Shown here piece after piece: positions 1 to 12,954 of a stretch of 64,000 nt of DNA. The DNA is from Octopus vulgaris. Its lineage: Eukaryota. Each line of letters opens with the position of its first letter. Position 1 is the stretch's first letter. A program made the translations under genes and the position numbers. The stretch is from positions 109,182,001 to 109,246,000 of the forward strand of contig OX597819.1 of the NCBI GenBank assembly GCA_951406725.2, read 5' to 3'. The notes under the pieces were generated by a model. The model saw only the letters and a list, made by a program, of their open reading frames with translations, ran no database searches and was not told where the DNA came from.

Positions 1-584
1 ATTGCGATATCTGTTGTAAATCATTCTCTGACAAAGGTACGTTGATAAAACACAAACTTACACATATAGCAGAGAATCTATATCATTGTGATATTTGCGG
101 CAAATTCTTCCTTCAGAGTGGTGTCATGACTAAACACAAACGTGTACATACAGAAGAGAAGCCATATCATTCTGACATTTGTGATAAATCATTCACTCAA
201 AGTTGTACCTTAACTAGAGACGAACATACAAATACAGGCAAGAAGCCATACCACTGTGATATCTGTAGTAAATCGTAGTCTTGTAATAGTCAGTTCACTA
301 CTCATAAACGTACACATACAGGCAAGAAGCCATACCACTGTGATATCTCTGGTAAATCATTCTCTTTTTGTAGCGACTTAAATAAACACAAACGATGTAC
401 ACAGACAGAAGAGAAGCCGTATCATTGTGATATCTGTGGTAAATCATACTTTAGAAATAGTCAGTTGACTATTCACAAACGTGTTCATACAGGAGAGAGG
501 CCATATCATTGCGATATCTGTGGTAAATCATTCCCTCAAAAATGTCAATGAAGTAGACATTTGAGTATTCATACACAAGTGTAA
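1..584 (+). pseudogene. C2H2 zinc-finger pseudogene, 3' part; the 5' end lies outside the window
   Basis: Repeated HCDICGKSF...HTGEKPY fingers are broken by an in-frame TAG (276-278), a frameshift near 395-410 and a TGA (549-551). The end (HLSIHTQV-TAA) and the 3' flank are homologous to the intact copy ending at 2646. Confidence 0.85.
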
Positions 585-1479
585 AAATATCAATATCAAA
601 ATTTATTACAACATATCAACAATTATGAGTTTTTTGTCTTCTACAAGACAAGGTTTATTCCTCTTCAAGCTTGATGTGTTCAACTTCAATTTTATAAATA
701 TCAACTTCAGTATCATGGATATATCTAAATATATCAACACAATGAGAACTTTGATTTTTGATGAGGATTGTGCTGGATTTTGAGGAATTTGTTAGGAGAG
801 AATAAAAGAATGAGAATAATGAATAAAAGATTTAAGGGAAATTGATTTGGTCTTTGTTGTGTTTTCCTCATGGTTGACTTTGTGTTTCATCCTTTCGAGG
901 TCAATAAATTGAGCACCGTTTATATACTGGAGACAATCTAATTGCCTGGCTCCTCCCCATAAATTTTGGGCCTTGGGCCTAGAGAAGAGAAGAATATTTG
1001 CTATGTTGAATTGCTAAGTCATTTAACTATCCTCTTTATCTCACTGACTCTTTTTTTCTATTTCAGAATATCACATCCTGTTGACATAAAAGAAATTACT
1101 TCATTCAGATGTGCCTTTGATATTTTTATCAACTTTTATTGACTAAAGAAAGACGATATATTTATAAGGAGCATTCATCAATACATCTACCTTTTTACTA
1201 TAAAGAAAATCTATGACAAAATATGGCAAAATATTTCTTCTGGACGATGGAATTAACAGCAACAATTTGAAGTCCTTGCTATCTGGAATATAGAGGAGAT
1301 GATTGCTTTACAGGTTAATTAAGCTTGGATAACTTTACAAAGGCGTAGACAATTGTCACCTCATGATTTAGATATTAAGCAAAATCTCAGAGGAAAGAAA
1401 CGTCATTAAATTATTCCCTAAAAATAGTGACACAACTGAACACAAACATTCTCATAGAAATGAAATACACACTATCATT

Positions 1480-2646
1480 GTGATATGTATGACAAATAAT
1501 CCTCTCATAATGAATCATTTAACTAAAACAAACACATCTGATATAGGTGAGAAACCATATTACTCTAATACCTGTAGTAAAACATTCTCTAAAAGTGGTG
1601 TCTTCACTACACACAAACAGACACATAGAGGAGAGAAAGCATATCATTGTGATATCTGTGGTGAATCATACTCTTATAATAGTCAGTTGACTATTCATAA
1701 ACGTGTTCATACAGGTGAGAAGCCATATCATTGTGATATCTGTGGTAAATCATTCTCTCAAAGTGGTGCCATGACTATACACAAACGTACACATACAGGT
1801 GAGAAGCCCTATCATTGTGATATCTGTGGTAAATCATTCTCTATGAGTGTTGCCTTAACTAAACATAAGCGTACACATACAGGAGAGAAGCCCTATTGTT
1901 GTGATATTTGTGGTAAATCATTCTCTCGGAGTGGTCACTTGACTAAACACAAACTTACACATACAGGAGAGAAGCCATATCATTGTGACATTTGTGGTAA
2001 ATCATTCTCTCAGAGTTTTACCTTGACAAGACACAAAATTACACATACAGGCGAGAAGCCATATCATTGTGATATTTGTGATAAATCATACTCTTCAAGT
2101 AGTCACTTGACTTGTCACAAACGTGTTCATACTGGAGAAAGACCATATCATTGTAATATCTGTGGGAAATCTTTCTCTAAAAGTGGTGACTTGACTAGAC
2201 ACAGAATTACACATACAGGAGAGAAGCCATATCATTGTAATATTTGTGGTAAATCATTCTCTCAAAGTAGTGACTTAACTAAACACAAACGTGTTCATAC
2301 AGGAGAAAAGCCATACCACTGTGATATCTGTGGTAAATCATACTCTTATAATAGTCAGTTGACTATTCACAAACGTTTTCATACAGGAGAAAAGCCATAT
2401 CATTGTGACATCTGTGGTAAATCATTCTTTCGAAGTTGTAACTTGCATGAACACGAACGTACACATACAGGAGAGAAGCCATACCACTGTGATATCTGCG
2501 GTAAATCATACTCTGGAAATAGTCAGTTGACTATTCACAAACGCATTCATACAGGAGATAAGCCATATCATTGTGACATCTGTGGTAAATCATTCCCTCA
2601 AAAAGGTAACTTAAGTAGACATTTGAGTATTCATTCACAAGTGTAA
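1480..2646 (+). CDS. Tandem C2H2 (Kruppel-type) zinc-finger protein with 12 canonical fingers and 1 degenerate finger; the true start is uncertain (first in-frame ATG at 1489)
   Basis: Open 388-codon frame with CxxC-x12-HxxxH fingers and TGEKPY linkers. A polypyrimidine/AG acceptor at 1065-1066 suggests this is a terminal coding exon. Confidence 0.88.
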   Translation: MICMTNNPLIMNHLTKTNTSDIGEKPYYSNTCSKTFSKSGVFTTHKQTHRGEKAYHCDICGESYSYNSQLTIHKRVHTGEKPYHCDICGKSFSQSGAMTIHKRTHTGEKPYHCDICGKSFSMSVALTKHKRTHTGEKPYCCDICGKSFSRSGHLTKHKLTHTGEKPYHCDICGKSFSQSFTLTRHKITHTGEKPYHCDICDKSYSSSSHLTCHKRVHTGERPYHCNICGKSFSKSGDLTRHRITHTGEKPYHCNICGKSFSQSSDLTKHKRVHTGEKPYHCDICGKSYSYNSQLTIHKRFHTGEKPYHCDICGKSFFRSCNLHEHERTHTGEKPYHCDICGKSYSGNSQLTIHKRIHTGDKPYHCDICGKSFPQKGNLSRHLSIHSQV

Positions 2647-2762
2647 CCGTATCAATATCAAAACTTATTACATGCCAATAATTATGAATATTTTGTTCAA
2701 GCTTGACATTATCAACTTCAATTCCATTACTGTTACTATGAAATTCATGAATCACAACTTCA

Positions 2763-5265
2763 ATCATCATCATCATCATCATCATTTAATGTCCGCTTTC
2801 CATGCTAGCATGGGTTGGACGGTTCAACTGGGGTCTGGGGAGCCCGAAAGCTGCACCAGTCCAGTCAGATCTGGCAGTGTTTCTACAGCTGGATGCCCTT
2901 CCTAACGCCAACCACTCCGAGAGTGTAGTGGGTGATTTTATGTGCCACCGACACAGGTGCCAGACGAGGCTGGCAAACGGCCACACTCGGATGGTGTTTT
3001 TTATGTGCCACCGACACAGGTGCCAGACGAGGCTGGCAGACGGCCACGCTCGGATGGTGTTTTTATGTGCCACCGACACAGGTGCCAGATGAGACTGGCA
3101 AAACGGCCACGATCGGATGGTGCTTGTTACGTGCCCACAGCACGGAGGCCAGTCGATGCGGTACTGGCTACGGCCACGTTCGGATGGTTTTCTTGTGTGC
3201 CACGTGCCACCGGCACTGGTACCACAAGGATACAAATTCCATTGATGTTCATCTATTTTGATTTGTTTTGATTTGATTTTCACTTGCCTCAACAGGTCTT
3301 CACAAGTGTCACAAGAAGGAAGGTATGCACAGGTGGACTGACTACGTCCCAGGTAGGGGCCATGGGTTATGGCCTGACTAGTCTTGCCGGGTCTTCGGAT
3401 GGTGTTTTTATGTGCCACCGACACAGGTGCTAGATGAGGCTGGCGAACGGCCACGATCGGATGGTGTTTGTCATGTGCCCACCACACTGACTACAGCACT
3501 GATGGATTTCTTGTGTGCCACAGGCACTGGTACCACAAGATACAAATTCCATTGATGTTCATCTATTTTGTCTATTTTGATTTGATTTGATTTGATTTTC
3601 ACTTGCCTCAACCGGTCTTCACAAGTGTCACAAGAGGAAGGTATGCACAGGTGGACTGACTAGTCTTGCCGGGTCTTCGGAAGGTGTTTTTATGTGCCAC
3701 CGACACAGGTGCCAGATGAGGCTGGCGAACGGCCATGATCGGATGGTGTTTGTTACGTGCCCACAGCACGGAGGCCGGTCGATGCGGAACTGGCTACGGC
3801 CACGTTCGGATGGTTCTCTTGTGTGCCACCGGCACTGGTACCACGAAGTGTGTGCCACCGGCACTGGTACCACAAAGATACAGATTCCATTGATGTTCAT
3901 CTATTTTGATTTGTTTTGATTTTGATTTTCACTTGCCTCAACAGGTCTTCACAAGTGTCACAAGAAGGAAGGTATGCACAGGTGGACTGACTACGTCCCA
4001 GGTAGGGGCCATGGGTTATGGCCTGACTAGTCTTGCCGGGTCTTCGGATGGTGTTTTTATGTGCCACCGACACAGGTGCTAGATGAGGCTGGCGAACGGC
4101 CACGATCGGATGGTGTTTGTCATGTGCCCACAGCACGGAGGCCAGTCGATGCGGTACTGGCTACGGCCACTTTCGGATGGTTTTCTCTTGTGTGCCACCG
4201 GCACTGGTACCACAAAGATACAAATTTCATTGATGTTCATCTATTTTGATTTGTTTTGATTTGATTTTGATTTTGATTTTCACTTGCCTCAACAGGCCTT
4301 CACAAGTATCACAAGGAGGAAGGTATGCACAGGTGGACTGACTACGTCCCAGGTAGGGGCCATGGTTTATGGCCTGACTAGTCTTGCCGGGTCTTCGGAT
4401 GGTGTTTTTATGTGCCACCGACACAGGTGCTAGATGAGGCTGGTGAACGGCCACGACCGGATGGTGTTTGTTATGTGCCCACAGCACGATGGCCAGTGAT
4501 GCGGTACTGACTACGGCCATGTTCGGATGGATTCTTGTGTGCCACCGGCACTGGTACCACAAGCGGTACTGACTACTTTTTATGTGCCACCGACACAGGT
4601 GCTAGATGAGGCTGGTGAACGGCCACGACCGGATGGTGTTTGTTATGTGCCCACAGCACGATGGCCAGTGATGCGGTACTGACTACGACCACGTTCGGAT
4701 GGATTCTTGTGTGCCACCGGCACTGGTACCACAAGCAGTACTGACTACGGCCACGTTCGGATGGATTCTTGTGTGCCACCGGCACTGGTACCACAAAGAT
4801 ACAAATTCCATTGATGTTCATCTATTTTGATTTGTTTTGATTTTCACTTGCCTCAACAGGTCTTCACAAGTGTCGCAAGAAGGAAGGTATGTACAGGTGG
4901 ACTGACTACGTCCCAGGTAGGGCCCACGGGTTATGACCTGACTAGTCTTGCCGGGTCTTCGGATGGTGTTTTTATGTGCCACCATGTTCCCACAGCACGG
5001 AGGCGAGTCGACGCGGTACTGGCTACGGCCACGTTCGGATGGTTTTCTTGTGTGCCACAGGCACTGGTACCACAAAGATACAAATTCCATTGATGTTCAT
5101 CTATTTTGATTGATTTTCACTTGCCTCAGCTGGTCTTCACAAGTGTACCACAAAGATACAAATTCCATTGATGTTCATCTATTTTGATTGATTTTCACTT
5201 GCCTCAGCAGGTCTTCACAAGTGTCACAAGAAGGAAGGTATGCACAGGTGGATCGACTACGTCCC
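2763..5265 (-). repeat. Tandem array (about 7 partial units, mostly ~280-340 bp) derived from the 3' end/3'UTR of an RTE-clade LINE
   Basis: The marker CTATTTTG recurs at about 3253, 3562, 3901, 4241, 4822, 5101 and 5178. The reverse complement matches the RTE 3' end at 58050-58527. There is an (ATC)n tail at 2763-2785. Confidence 0.85.
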
Positions 5266-5554
5266 ATCATTTATATATCTAAATATATCAACACAGTGAT
5301 GACTTTGATTGCCAATGAGGATTTTGCTGGATTTTTGAGGAATTTGTTATAAGAGAATAAAGGAATGGGAATAAGGAATAAAAGTTTTAAGTGACATTCA
5401 TTTTGTCTTTGTTGTGTTTTCATTATCATCATCATCATCCTTTAACCTTAGTGGTCCTACCTCGTTTAAATAGTAAAACATCAATATAGAGCCAATATAC
5501 CCATAGTTTACACTGACATATATGTACCATAAATCCTGAAACATAATCAGCATT

Positions 5555-5704
5555 TTCCCCCAAAATTTAAAGGTCAAAATCACTAGTGCGTACTATATAC
5601 GAGGTTAAAAATGAAAATTATTTTCTAAGCAATGTCCGAGTCTCTATTTGCTGTCCGGCAATGTTTATTCAGACGCATTTTGTGATGTCGGGCACGAAAA
5701 TACC
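5555..5704. mobile_element. Fragment of the Tc2/pogo-like MITE seen complete at 19546-20055; it hosts the piggyBac insertion
   Basis: Near-identical to 19577-19724 (CAAAATTTAAAGGTCAAAAT...GAAAATACC). Confidence 0.8.
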
Positions 5705-5708
5705 TTAA

Positions 5709-6775
5709 CCCTTTCGTTACTATATTTCTGACCAAAATACACCCCTTATATCTTTCAATTAATTTCTCACGTAATCATAAATTTAGTCTGGTTTCATTAA
5801 ACAACTATAACGTTTTTATTTATCAATATATTAACGTGAATTTTGGAAGATAATTTAATGAAATGTTCTAAACCAATTCTATAATATAATTTTTGTCACA
5901 AAGTGACTTTAATTGCAGGTAGATACAGGTAAATTCAAGAAAATATAAAATTATTAAAATTTTGTTCAAACATCGCTATAGAAAATGGGTTATTAGCTAA
6001 TATTCAATTGGGTATACAACAAAATTTTACGATAGAATTTGTTATTCTGAGTAACTTTCTGATACCCATAATAATATTTATGACAAAATAGTCTTAATTT
6101 CATTTAAGGTTATGGGAAACCACTTTCTTTCGTTTTGTTTACATTTAGCGTAACGGTTCGTTTCCGCCGTAATGATTTCAAATAGGCTCATTCAAAAAAG
6201 TAAAAAGAAATAGTCTAAGGCTTTACTCTTCTGGGAAAGTCTGTGGCTTGGTCCAGTTTCTTCAGAAAAATCACCGAAAGAAACAGTTTTTAAATTTTCA
6301 CTCCATTCAGGTGCCAATTCATTTTCTTTATCGCTGTCGGAGCTCTCGGATTCACTGTTTTCACTTTCGGAAAATGAAACATCAGATTCATTATCAAATA
6401 CCACATGCTGTTTTTTTCCAGTCATAGATTTAGATTTATGAAGGTCTTCAGTAGAAAATCCTTCGAATTCTGACTTGCTGCTTGATATAATGAAATTCGT
6501 ATCCATTTTTTGTCAGAATTACAAATTTTGAAAACACAATAGGAACAAATTTCGGGAAAAAATCTCCCAAAATTCACGGAATTAAAATTACACTTCGATT
6601 TTTGTACAAAACTGTAGTTGAACTCTTTACGAAGTACAATGCGTGTTTTCACGAATGTACTAAAGAGATTTGCTCTGATATTCTCATTTAAATATGAATA
6701 GGTAAATTCGGGCGGTTTTGGGCGGCTTGGTCACATTAACCAAAATTTTTTTCGGGCGGTTTGGTAACGAAAGGG
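5709..6775 (-). mobile_element. Internally deleted piggyBac DNA transposon
   Basis: Perfect 12-bp TIRs CCCTTTCGTTAC (5709-5720) and GTAACGAAAGGG (6764-6775), with TTAA on both sides. The minus-strand frame from 6506 encodes an acidic N-terminus plus FSEETGP..ALDYFFLLF*..ITAETNRYA, typical of piggyBac transposase N-termini. Confidence 0.9.
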
Positions 6776-6787
6776 TTAAGCTAAGCC

Positions 6788-7340
6788 GGATCTTTTCCTT
6801 TTGAACGGCAGTTGTCGACACAATTTCTAGTTAACTAAACACTTTAAAACTTCGTATATTGGTAGAATGTGTCAAAATAAAACATGTACCCTCATATCCC
6901 ACTCTAGACCGATGTAAGCATATTATTGTTTTGTTTTTGTTGTTTTTGGCCCTTCAAAACCATGGGAGAAGCCTTTTCGGTAAAAAAAAAAAGAAAGAAA
7001 ATATTCAAAAAATATCGTTAATATTTTTATTGGGCGACGAAATTCATCAATTTCAGAGATATGGCTGTTATTTCTAGCACATGCAGAAGACAGAAGAGAA
7101 TGATGAATAACACGTGTGTGTGTGTGCTGTTTACGTTCAACAGGATATTGTCTGAATTTTTAGACGCAGCAAATGATTTTAGCTCAAATGCTGGCATTTC
7201 ATTGGTTAAAATTCGAAGAATTAATCTACGTTTAACTTACAAATTACAATAATGTTTTCTTTTGACACAATCAACCAGTATACGAAGTTTCAAATTGCTT
7301 AGTTAACTAGAAAATTCCGTCCATCAAAAGGAAAAGATCC
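6788..7340. mobile_element. MITE with ~90-bp imperfect terminal inverted repeats
   Basis: GGATCTTTTCCTTTTGA...CTAGTTAACTAA...AAACTTCGTATA..GGT...TGTGTCAAAA at the left end is mirrored at 7252-7340. No clear TSD. Confidence 0.7.
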
Positions 7341-8025
7341 CTTGGCTTTCTTGAGAAAATTGTAATTTGTTTGTTTAACGTAGTTTAATTTCTCGAATTT
7401 TAACCAATGAATCGCCTCTAGTGAGCTAAAATCATTTGCTGCGTCTAAAACTGAGACAACATCCTGTCACTGTTGTTTACGTTCGGAAAGCGTGTGTATA
7501 AAATTATAGAATTATTAAATAGACACAGGGACAGGGATTTGAGAACTATGTTTTACAAGGACTCTAGTTCATTACTGACTCTATATTTTATCAATACCAG
7601 AGGGATTAAAAGCAAAATTTACGTCTGCGGTATTTGATCTCAAATCGTAAAGAATCGGAACAAATACCGATCTGCTAATCCATGAAATGGCATAGTTGCT
7701 TTAACTGGAGAGAGAAAAAGTAGTAACAACTACTTTAACGTTAGTTTGGAAGAAATATTTCAAAAATTTCGCCAGAAAGAAGAAAAACAAAAGCGGAACA
7801 AGTTTTCGTATTTGATCCCAGCACATTTTTGTTGCCCTTATATTACTCGTCCCAAGTCGCCTCAGATCGATTCCTACCGTCACTTTTTGCTCCAACACCA
7901 GTGTAGATTGAAACATAATAAAAAAAAAATTAAATATGAGTTAAGGGAAATAACTCAAATGGACCAACGGAATGTATTTGAATGAAGCAAATTGTTTCCA
8001 CCCCGGAAGAAGGCAACGTGGTGCG

Positions 8026-8136
8026 ATGGCGCTTTCTACGAAACATTCTGATAACGACGACCAATATTTACTGGTGGCTAAATTGGACAATGTCCGCAAT
8101 ATGTCCAATCTTCTCAAGGCCGTCAACTTCAAAGAT
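8026..8136 (+). CDS. RAD1: Cell cycle checkpoint protein RAD1, coding exon 1
   Basis: MALSTKHSDNDDQYLLVAKLDNVRNMSNLLKAVNFKD resembles the RAD1 N-terminus (DDQYSLVASLDNVRNL). Donor GTAAGT, phase 0. Confidence 0.93.
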
Positions 8137-9832
8137 GTAAGTTTATTTCAGTGTTGTAAATGAGCACCTGGGATTGCTGAACTATAGTTTGGCGATGAGT
8201 TAGAATAATTCATAAGTAGTCAACAAACGAAAACAATCACCCGAATGCACAAAGGAGTCTCTATAAGGCTCACTCTGCTAGAAGTGGCAGCCAAATTATC
8301 ATAATATAATTATTGACTATTATACCGTCAACAAAAATAAAATGGGACAAACACAGCATAACGAGGGAGCCTCTACGTTATAACTCGCCTGCTAGAAATT
8401 GCAGCTGAATCCGGCACCGACTGTCTTAAAATGTGAAGTACACATCGAGTAACGGTGGTTAGGACGCATATTGCCCTGATTAAAAGACCTGGTCGTTTAG
8501 GTTTGAATGTCTGTGAAAACACATCTGCTTTATCACGGTTGATATAGGTTTAAATAATTTATTGAGCTTTAATTGAGAAAAAAACTTTTACTGATATAGA
8601 AGACAGACTAAAACGGACTGCAATTTTCTACTGATAAATAGTAATATAAAATATTTTTTTTTTAATTTTATAGTAAATTTTCCTTCAATTCTTAATTCTT
8701 TCGAAGTGAATTAGTCATGTGTAGTTATATGTCGTGTTGAGTTAGAGATTTTGTGAATTAGTGTTATATATTAACACCAAAAAAGTCAAAAACTTTGAAT
8801 AACACCTACAAAATATATCTCAAACATGCGACTGAGTAACTCCGCATCCAACTTAATATAGTGAAATGCGGGAAAATTTTCTACTCTGCTTAATGTAAAT
8901 GAATTTCCTCTAAAATATTTTTTTAATTCACTGTTACGAAAAATACATTTCTTAGGTCTAACGTGAAAAGATTCTTAAAATATTTCAGTATACTAGAATA
9001 TCCCGCCAAAATGTTATTTACAACGTTTCCATAGAAATTTGCCAAAATGTAAACACAGGCGTAACAAGCCTGGATGATTGGAGAATTTCAGGATCCTTAA
9101 TAGAAGAAAAAGTGCTTGGATTAGTAATAAAAGTAAAGGGAAAACACGGGACGATAAAAGCCAATGTGTATCTATATCTCCAAAGGTGAATTTGGGACTA
9201 AATTACCCTCGGGAATACAACTAACTGTACAAATGAGGTGCAGCCGTATAAACTTAGGTAACTGGCTATTTATGTCAACGATCCATTTTAAGTTTCACTT
9301 CAAGCCCTATAGTTTGTTATTTTGTTCAAGGGGTTCGTATAAGTTTGACATTCTTGTATTTTTCTGAAGAGAACATGTATGTATGCTGCATGTTATATGT
9401 ATTTGTATATGTTGTGTGTGTGTGTGTGTGTGTATTGCTAGCATATTTAGTTCATTTTAGACAAAAACAGCCAAGGCCACTCTGGAACATATATGCATGC
9501 AACATTTTTAACTTTTAACATAATGTTTTGACAAGTTTTCCAACATGTACAGATGAACTACCTGTCTTTCTACTAACAATCTCATACAGTGTATTATGAA
9601 CCGGCGGGAATAAATATAAATAACTAGCCAGAATGGCATGGGACACATTCAATTTATTATGGGACGGCTCATTAAGGAAACTAAATAACCACTATCAAAT
9701 AAGAGACTCAAGACGTAATAAGGCTTATAATAAATATTTGTTATAATGATTCGTAATAAACTGTGCGACCCGTTTTTAAACGTGTCTAACACGAATTCAG
9801 TTGGAAGAAATAGGCTGCAGGTTGTCGCAAAC

Positions 9833-10019
9833 CAGGGTTCCGCCAGTACAGTCCAGGGGTTCCGCAAGAAGTTACAAAACTGCTAAAATCGGCAGTAATT
9901 TTTAATTCTCCTGTGCAGATATGTGTGCATAAGACTATTAAATTATTGCACAGGGGTTCCTCGAGCCAGTGGAATGTTTCCCTGGGGTTCCGCTCCAGCT
10001 AAAAGTTTGAAAAGCACTG
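9833..10019. mobile_element. hAT/Charlie-like MITE fragment
   Basis: Repeated GGGTTCCGC subterminal motifs and an AAAAGTTTGAAAAGCACTG terminus. The other TIR was not found. Confidence 0.45.
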
Positions 10020-12442
10020 GTCTAGAGGGTCACCATGCCTAATATAAGCACTCGCCCTTGTTCTATTTCCCTTATTATTAGTCAATTAGTTAAACATTTA
10101 ACTAATCAATTATTTGATTAGTAGTTCGGTCAATCAATCAGCTAGGTTTTTCAAGGTCTTTTCATTGCATTTTCAACCTCATCTCTACTCCAGATCTGCT
10201 GAACTGTAGAGTACATAACTAAATGCTTTGTGCGATCCTTGGATTGGTATATCTTTTTGTGATACATTTCCACCACCACCATCTCTCTCTTTTCTCTCTC
10301 TCTCTCTCTCCATCTATCTTTCTCTAAGTCTCCTATCCTTTTTCCAACTAGGGTATCCTTATATCACTTCAACAAGATATCTATTTCTATCCCACTATTC
10401 TTTTAACCTCTCATTAACTATCACAATGCTACTCCTCTCCACTCGAGGGGACTTTGTCTTGTCTTGCAAGTTACTTGGGCACCCCACTGGTGCTGGTACC
10501 ACGAAAAAGCATCTGTACACTCTGTAAAGTGGTTGGCATTAGGAAGGGTATGCAGCCAGAGAAACCATGCTGAAGTAGACAACAGAACTTGGCACAACTC
10601 TCCAGCTCGCCAGCTTTCATCAAACCATCCAACTTGCGCCAACATATTGAACAGACATTAAATTATGACAATGATCCAAAGGTTAACTTTGTCAAGATTT
10701 TAACTTAAAGCACCAAGTTTCATAACAAATACTGTGAAGCATTTTATCCAACTCTAATGACTCTGCCAATTTGCTTCCTAATAGTTGATACAGTTTGATA
10801 TGTGGCATCATTGGGTAATGCATCGTTGGTGCACCTTGGGACTGGAGTAAAACCAATAACTTAATTGCTCTAGATGGAAATATAAATGGTGAAAATAAGA
10901 ATCTGATGAACTGCACTAGTGGAGATGGACAAGTAATTGGAAAGAAACAGATACTTAATAATTGTTTATTTTGTTTTATTTGTTGTTTGGCCTGAAGGAA
11001 AAGGCAGTGCTCCTGACATTTTGGACTAATGAAACTGATACCATTGAGGTTCTACTTGAACATGTGTAAGTCAATTACTGATAGAAATATATTGGCAAAG
11101 ACGAAATTCTGAAGGATTTACACTCTGGAGTATGTGTGTGTGTGGGAGGTAGTATTAGTATTTAAGAAATTAGAAAAGAAGGAATGTTATAAGGTTTATA
11201 TGTCCATTCTTTTTCCTTGAGACATTATTTTACAGCTAGATAGCCTTACCTGTTTCTCAACGAAGATATCTACATGTCTTTAAAGGCAGAAAGCCAGTGG
11301 ACAATTTGTTGATAGGTGAAATGACAATATTGTAGTAACTCTTGGTTTTCAGAAGAGTGTAAATGTAAACAAATATACAAACACACATACATACACACAA
11401 TGAGCTCCCCCACAGTTATCCTCTACCAAATCCACCCACAAAGTCTTATTCACTGCTGGACTACAGAAGAACCATAGCCATGGTACTACGCAGTGGGACT
11501 GAACCCTAAACATTGTAGTGCGGAAACGCACAACCATGTCTCTTCTACCCTTTTAACACATTTACTGAAGTATCACTGGATTTGAACCAATGCATAATAT
11601 AGTTCTGAAATGGTGTGTCCTTCAACAGGAATCTGGGTGCATCATATTAATTTATTTTAAACATATTTTAAGGCTTTCGAAAATCCATATTAATGGCTTG
11701 GTCCTTTTGAAAACTGTTATTCACAATTTTGTTAAAGTGGTTGGAGTTAGATAGGGCATCCAACCATAGAAACCAAGCCAAATTAGACTGAAACTGGTTC
11801 AGCTTGCCAGCTCTGGTCAAACCGTCCAACCCATGCCAGCATGGAAAACAGTCATTAAGGGATGATGATGATGATTAATAGAATATGGCATAAAATATAT
11901 TTTAAAGTTTTTACTTTAAAAATGTAATATTTAACTCTGTACATATAGGTGCAGACGAGACTATGTGGCAAGGTGCTTATTTCCCAACCATCTACTATAG
12001 CCTTGGGCCAACCAAAGCCTTGTGAGTGGATTTGGTGGATGTGTATGTGTGTGAGTTTGTGTCTCCCTGTTTTGATATTGCATGATGGTTAGAATGTCAC
12101 TGACTTGTAAGCAGTATCATTTGTTTCCGATCTTCTGTGAAAACCTATCGAAATATTAAATTGCTTGGTTACAGGTGAGGGTTGGCAACTGGAAGAGGAT
12201 CCAGCTGTAGAAAATCTGCTTCAAGAAATTCTGTCTGACCCATACAAGCATAAAAAAGGGGACATTAAAACAATGATGACAATATATTGATGATGGTGAT
12301 GATGAGGAAAAGGAGGAGAGTGCCAATAATTTTTGTTTGTTTTCCAGTATACCATAAAGCTAAAAAGATTGAGAATCACTAACTTAAGGAAGTAGGAGGG
12401 ATTATATAAAGCAATTCAACATCTGTTTCTTGTTTTCCTTAG

Positions 12443-12598
12443 GTTGCTACAGTTTTTGCTAGTGAGCTTGGTCTGAAGGTGACAGTTGAGGACTTCAAAT
12501 GCATCCAAGGCAATGCTTTCATACAGTCGGCCATATTTCATGAATACACAATCAAAGAAGAACAGTTGACCTTCAAAATCAACCTTAATGTTCTATTG
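12443..12598 (+). CDS. RAD1: RAD1 coding exon 2
   Basis: TTTTCCTTAG acceptor; VATVFASELGLKVTVEDFKCIQGNAFIQSAIFHEYTIKEEQLTFKINLNVLL; GTATGA donor. Confidence 0.93.
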
Positions 12599-12954
12599 GT
12601 ATGACAGTTTTATTTTTGTTGTTGTTGTTGTTGTTTAGCCACAGGCCAAGCCTGATTGAGCAAAACTATGATCAAAGACATTCCATATTCAAGGCAGTTG
12701 CGTGTGGAATAAGTGAGAGTGTTTTGCTATCCTGATTGTACAGGGCTCATCCAGTTTCCATATCACTTAACAAATGGGACAGAGTTCTCTCTTGTCACTG
12801 GAGAGATGCTATTCATTGGAGTTAATTTTCCCTGAAAAGCCTTTCTAACCACACTGCCATACCTGCACCTATATATATATATACCGGAGTAAACACATAA
12901 ATGTGAAACAAGGTGGAAAAAAGAGTACTAAAATATCAGTGGTAGAGTAATATG

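Noticed and set aside
2940-5070. CRISPR-like appearance: palindromic GTGCCACCG(A/G)CAC repeats at ~60-bp spacing
   Set aside because: The 'spacers' are themselves repeated, the context is eukaryotic, there are no cas genes, and the sequence is the RTE 3'UTR found elsewhere in the window.
2672-5093. Many overlapping 60-230 aa ORFs (CHRHRCQ / VPPTQV repeats)
   Set aside because: These are translations of the non-coding repeat array in all frames.
7701-7985. Short ORFs just upstream of RAD1 suggesting a head-to-head partner gene
   Set aside because: No recognisable protein similarity, and no downstream exons were found on the minus strand.
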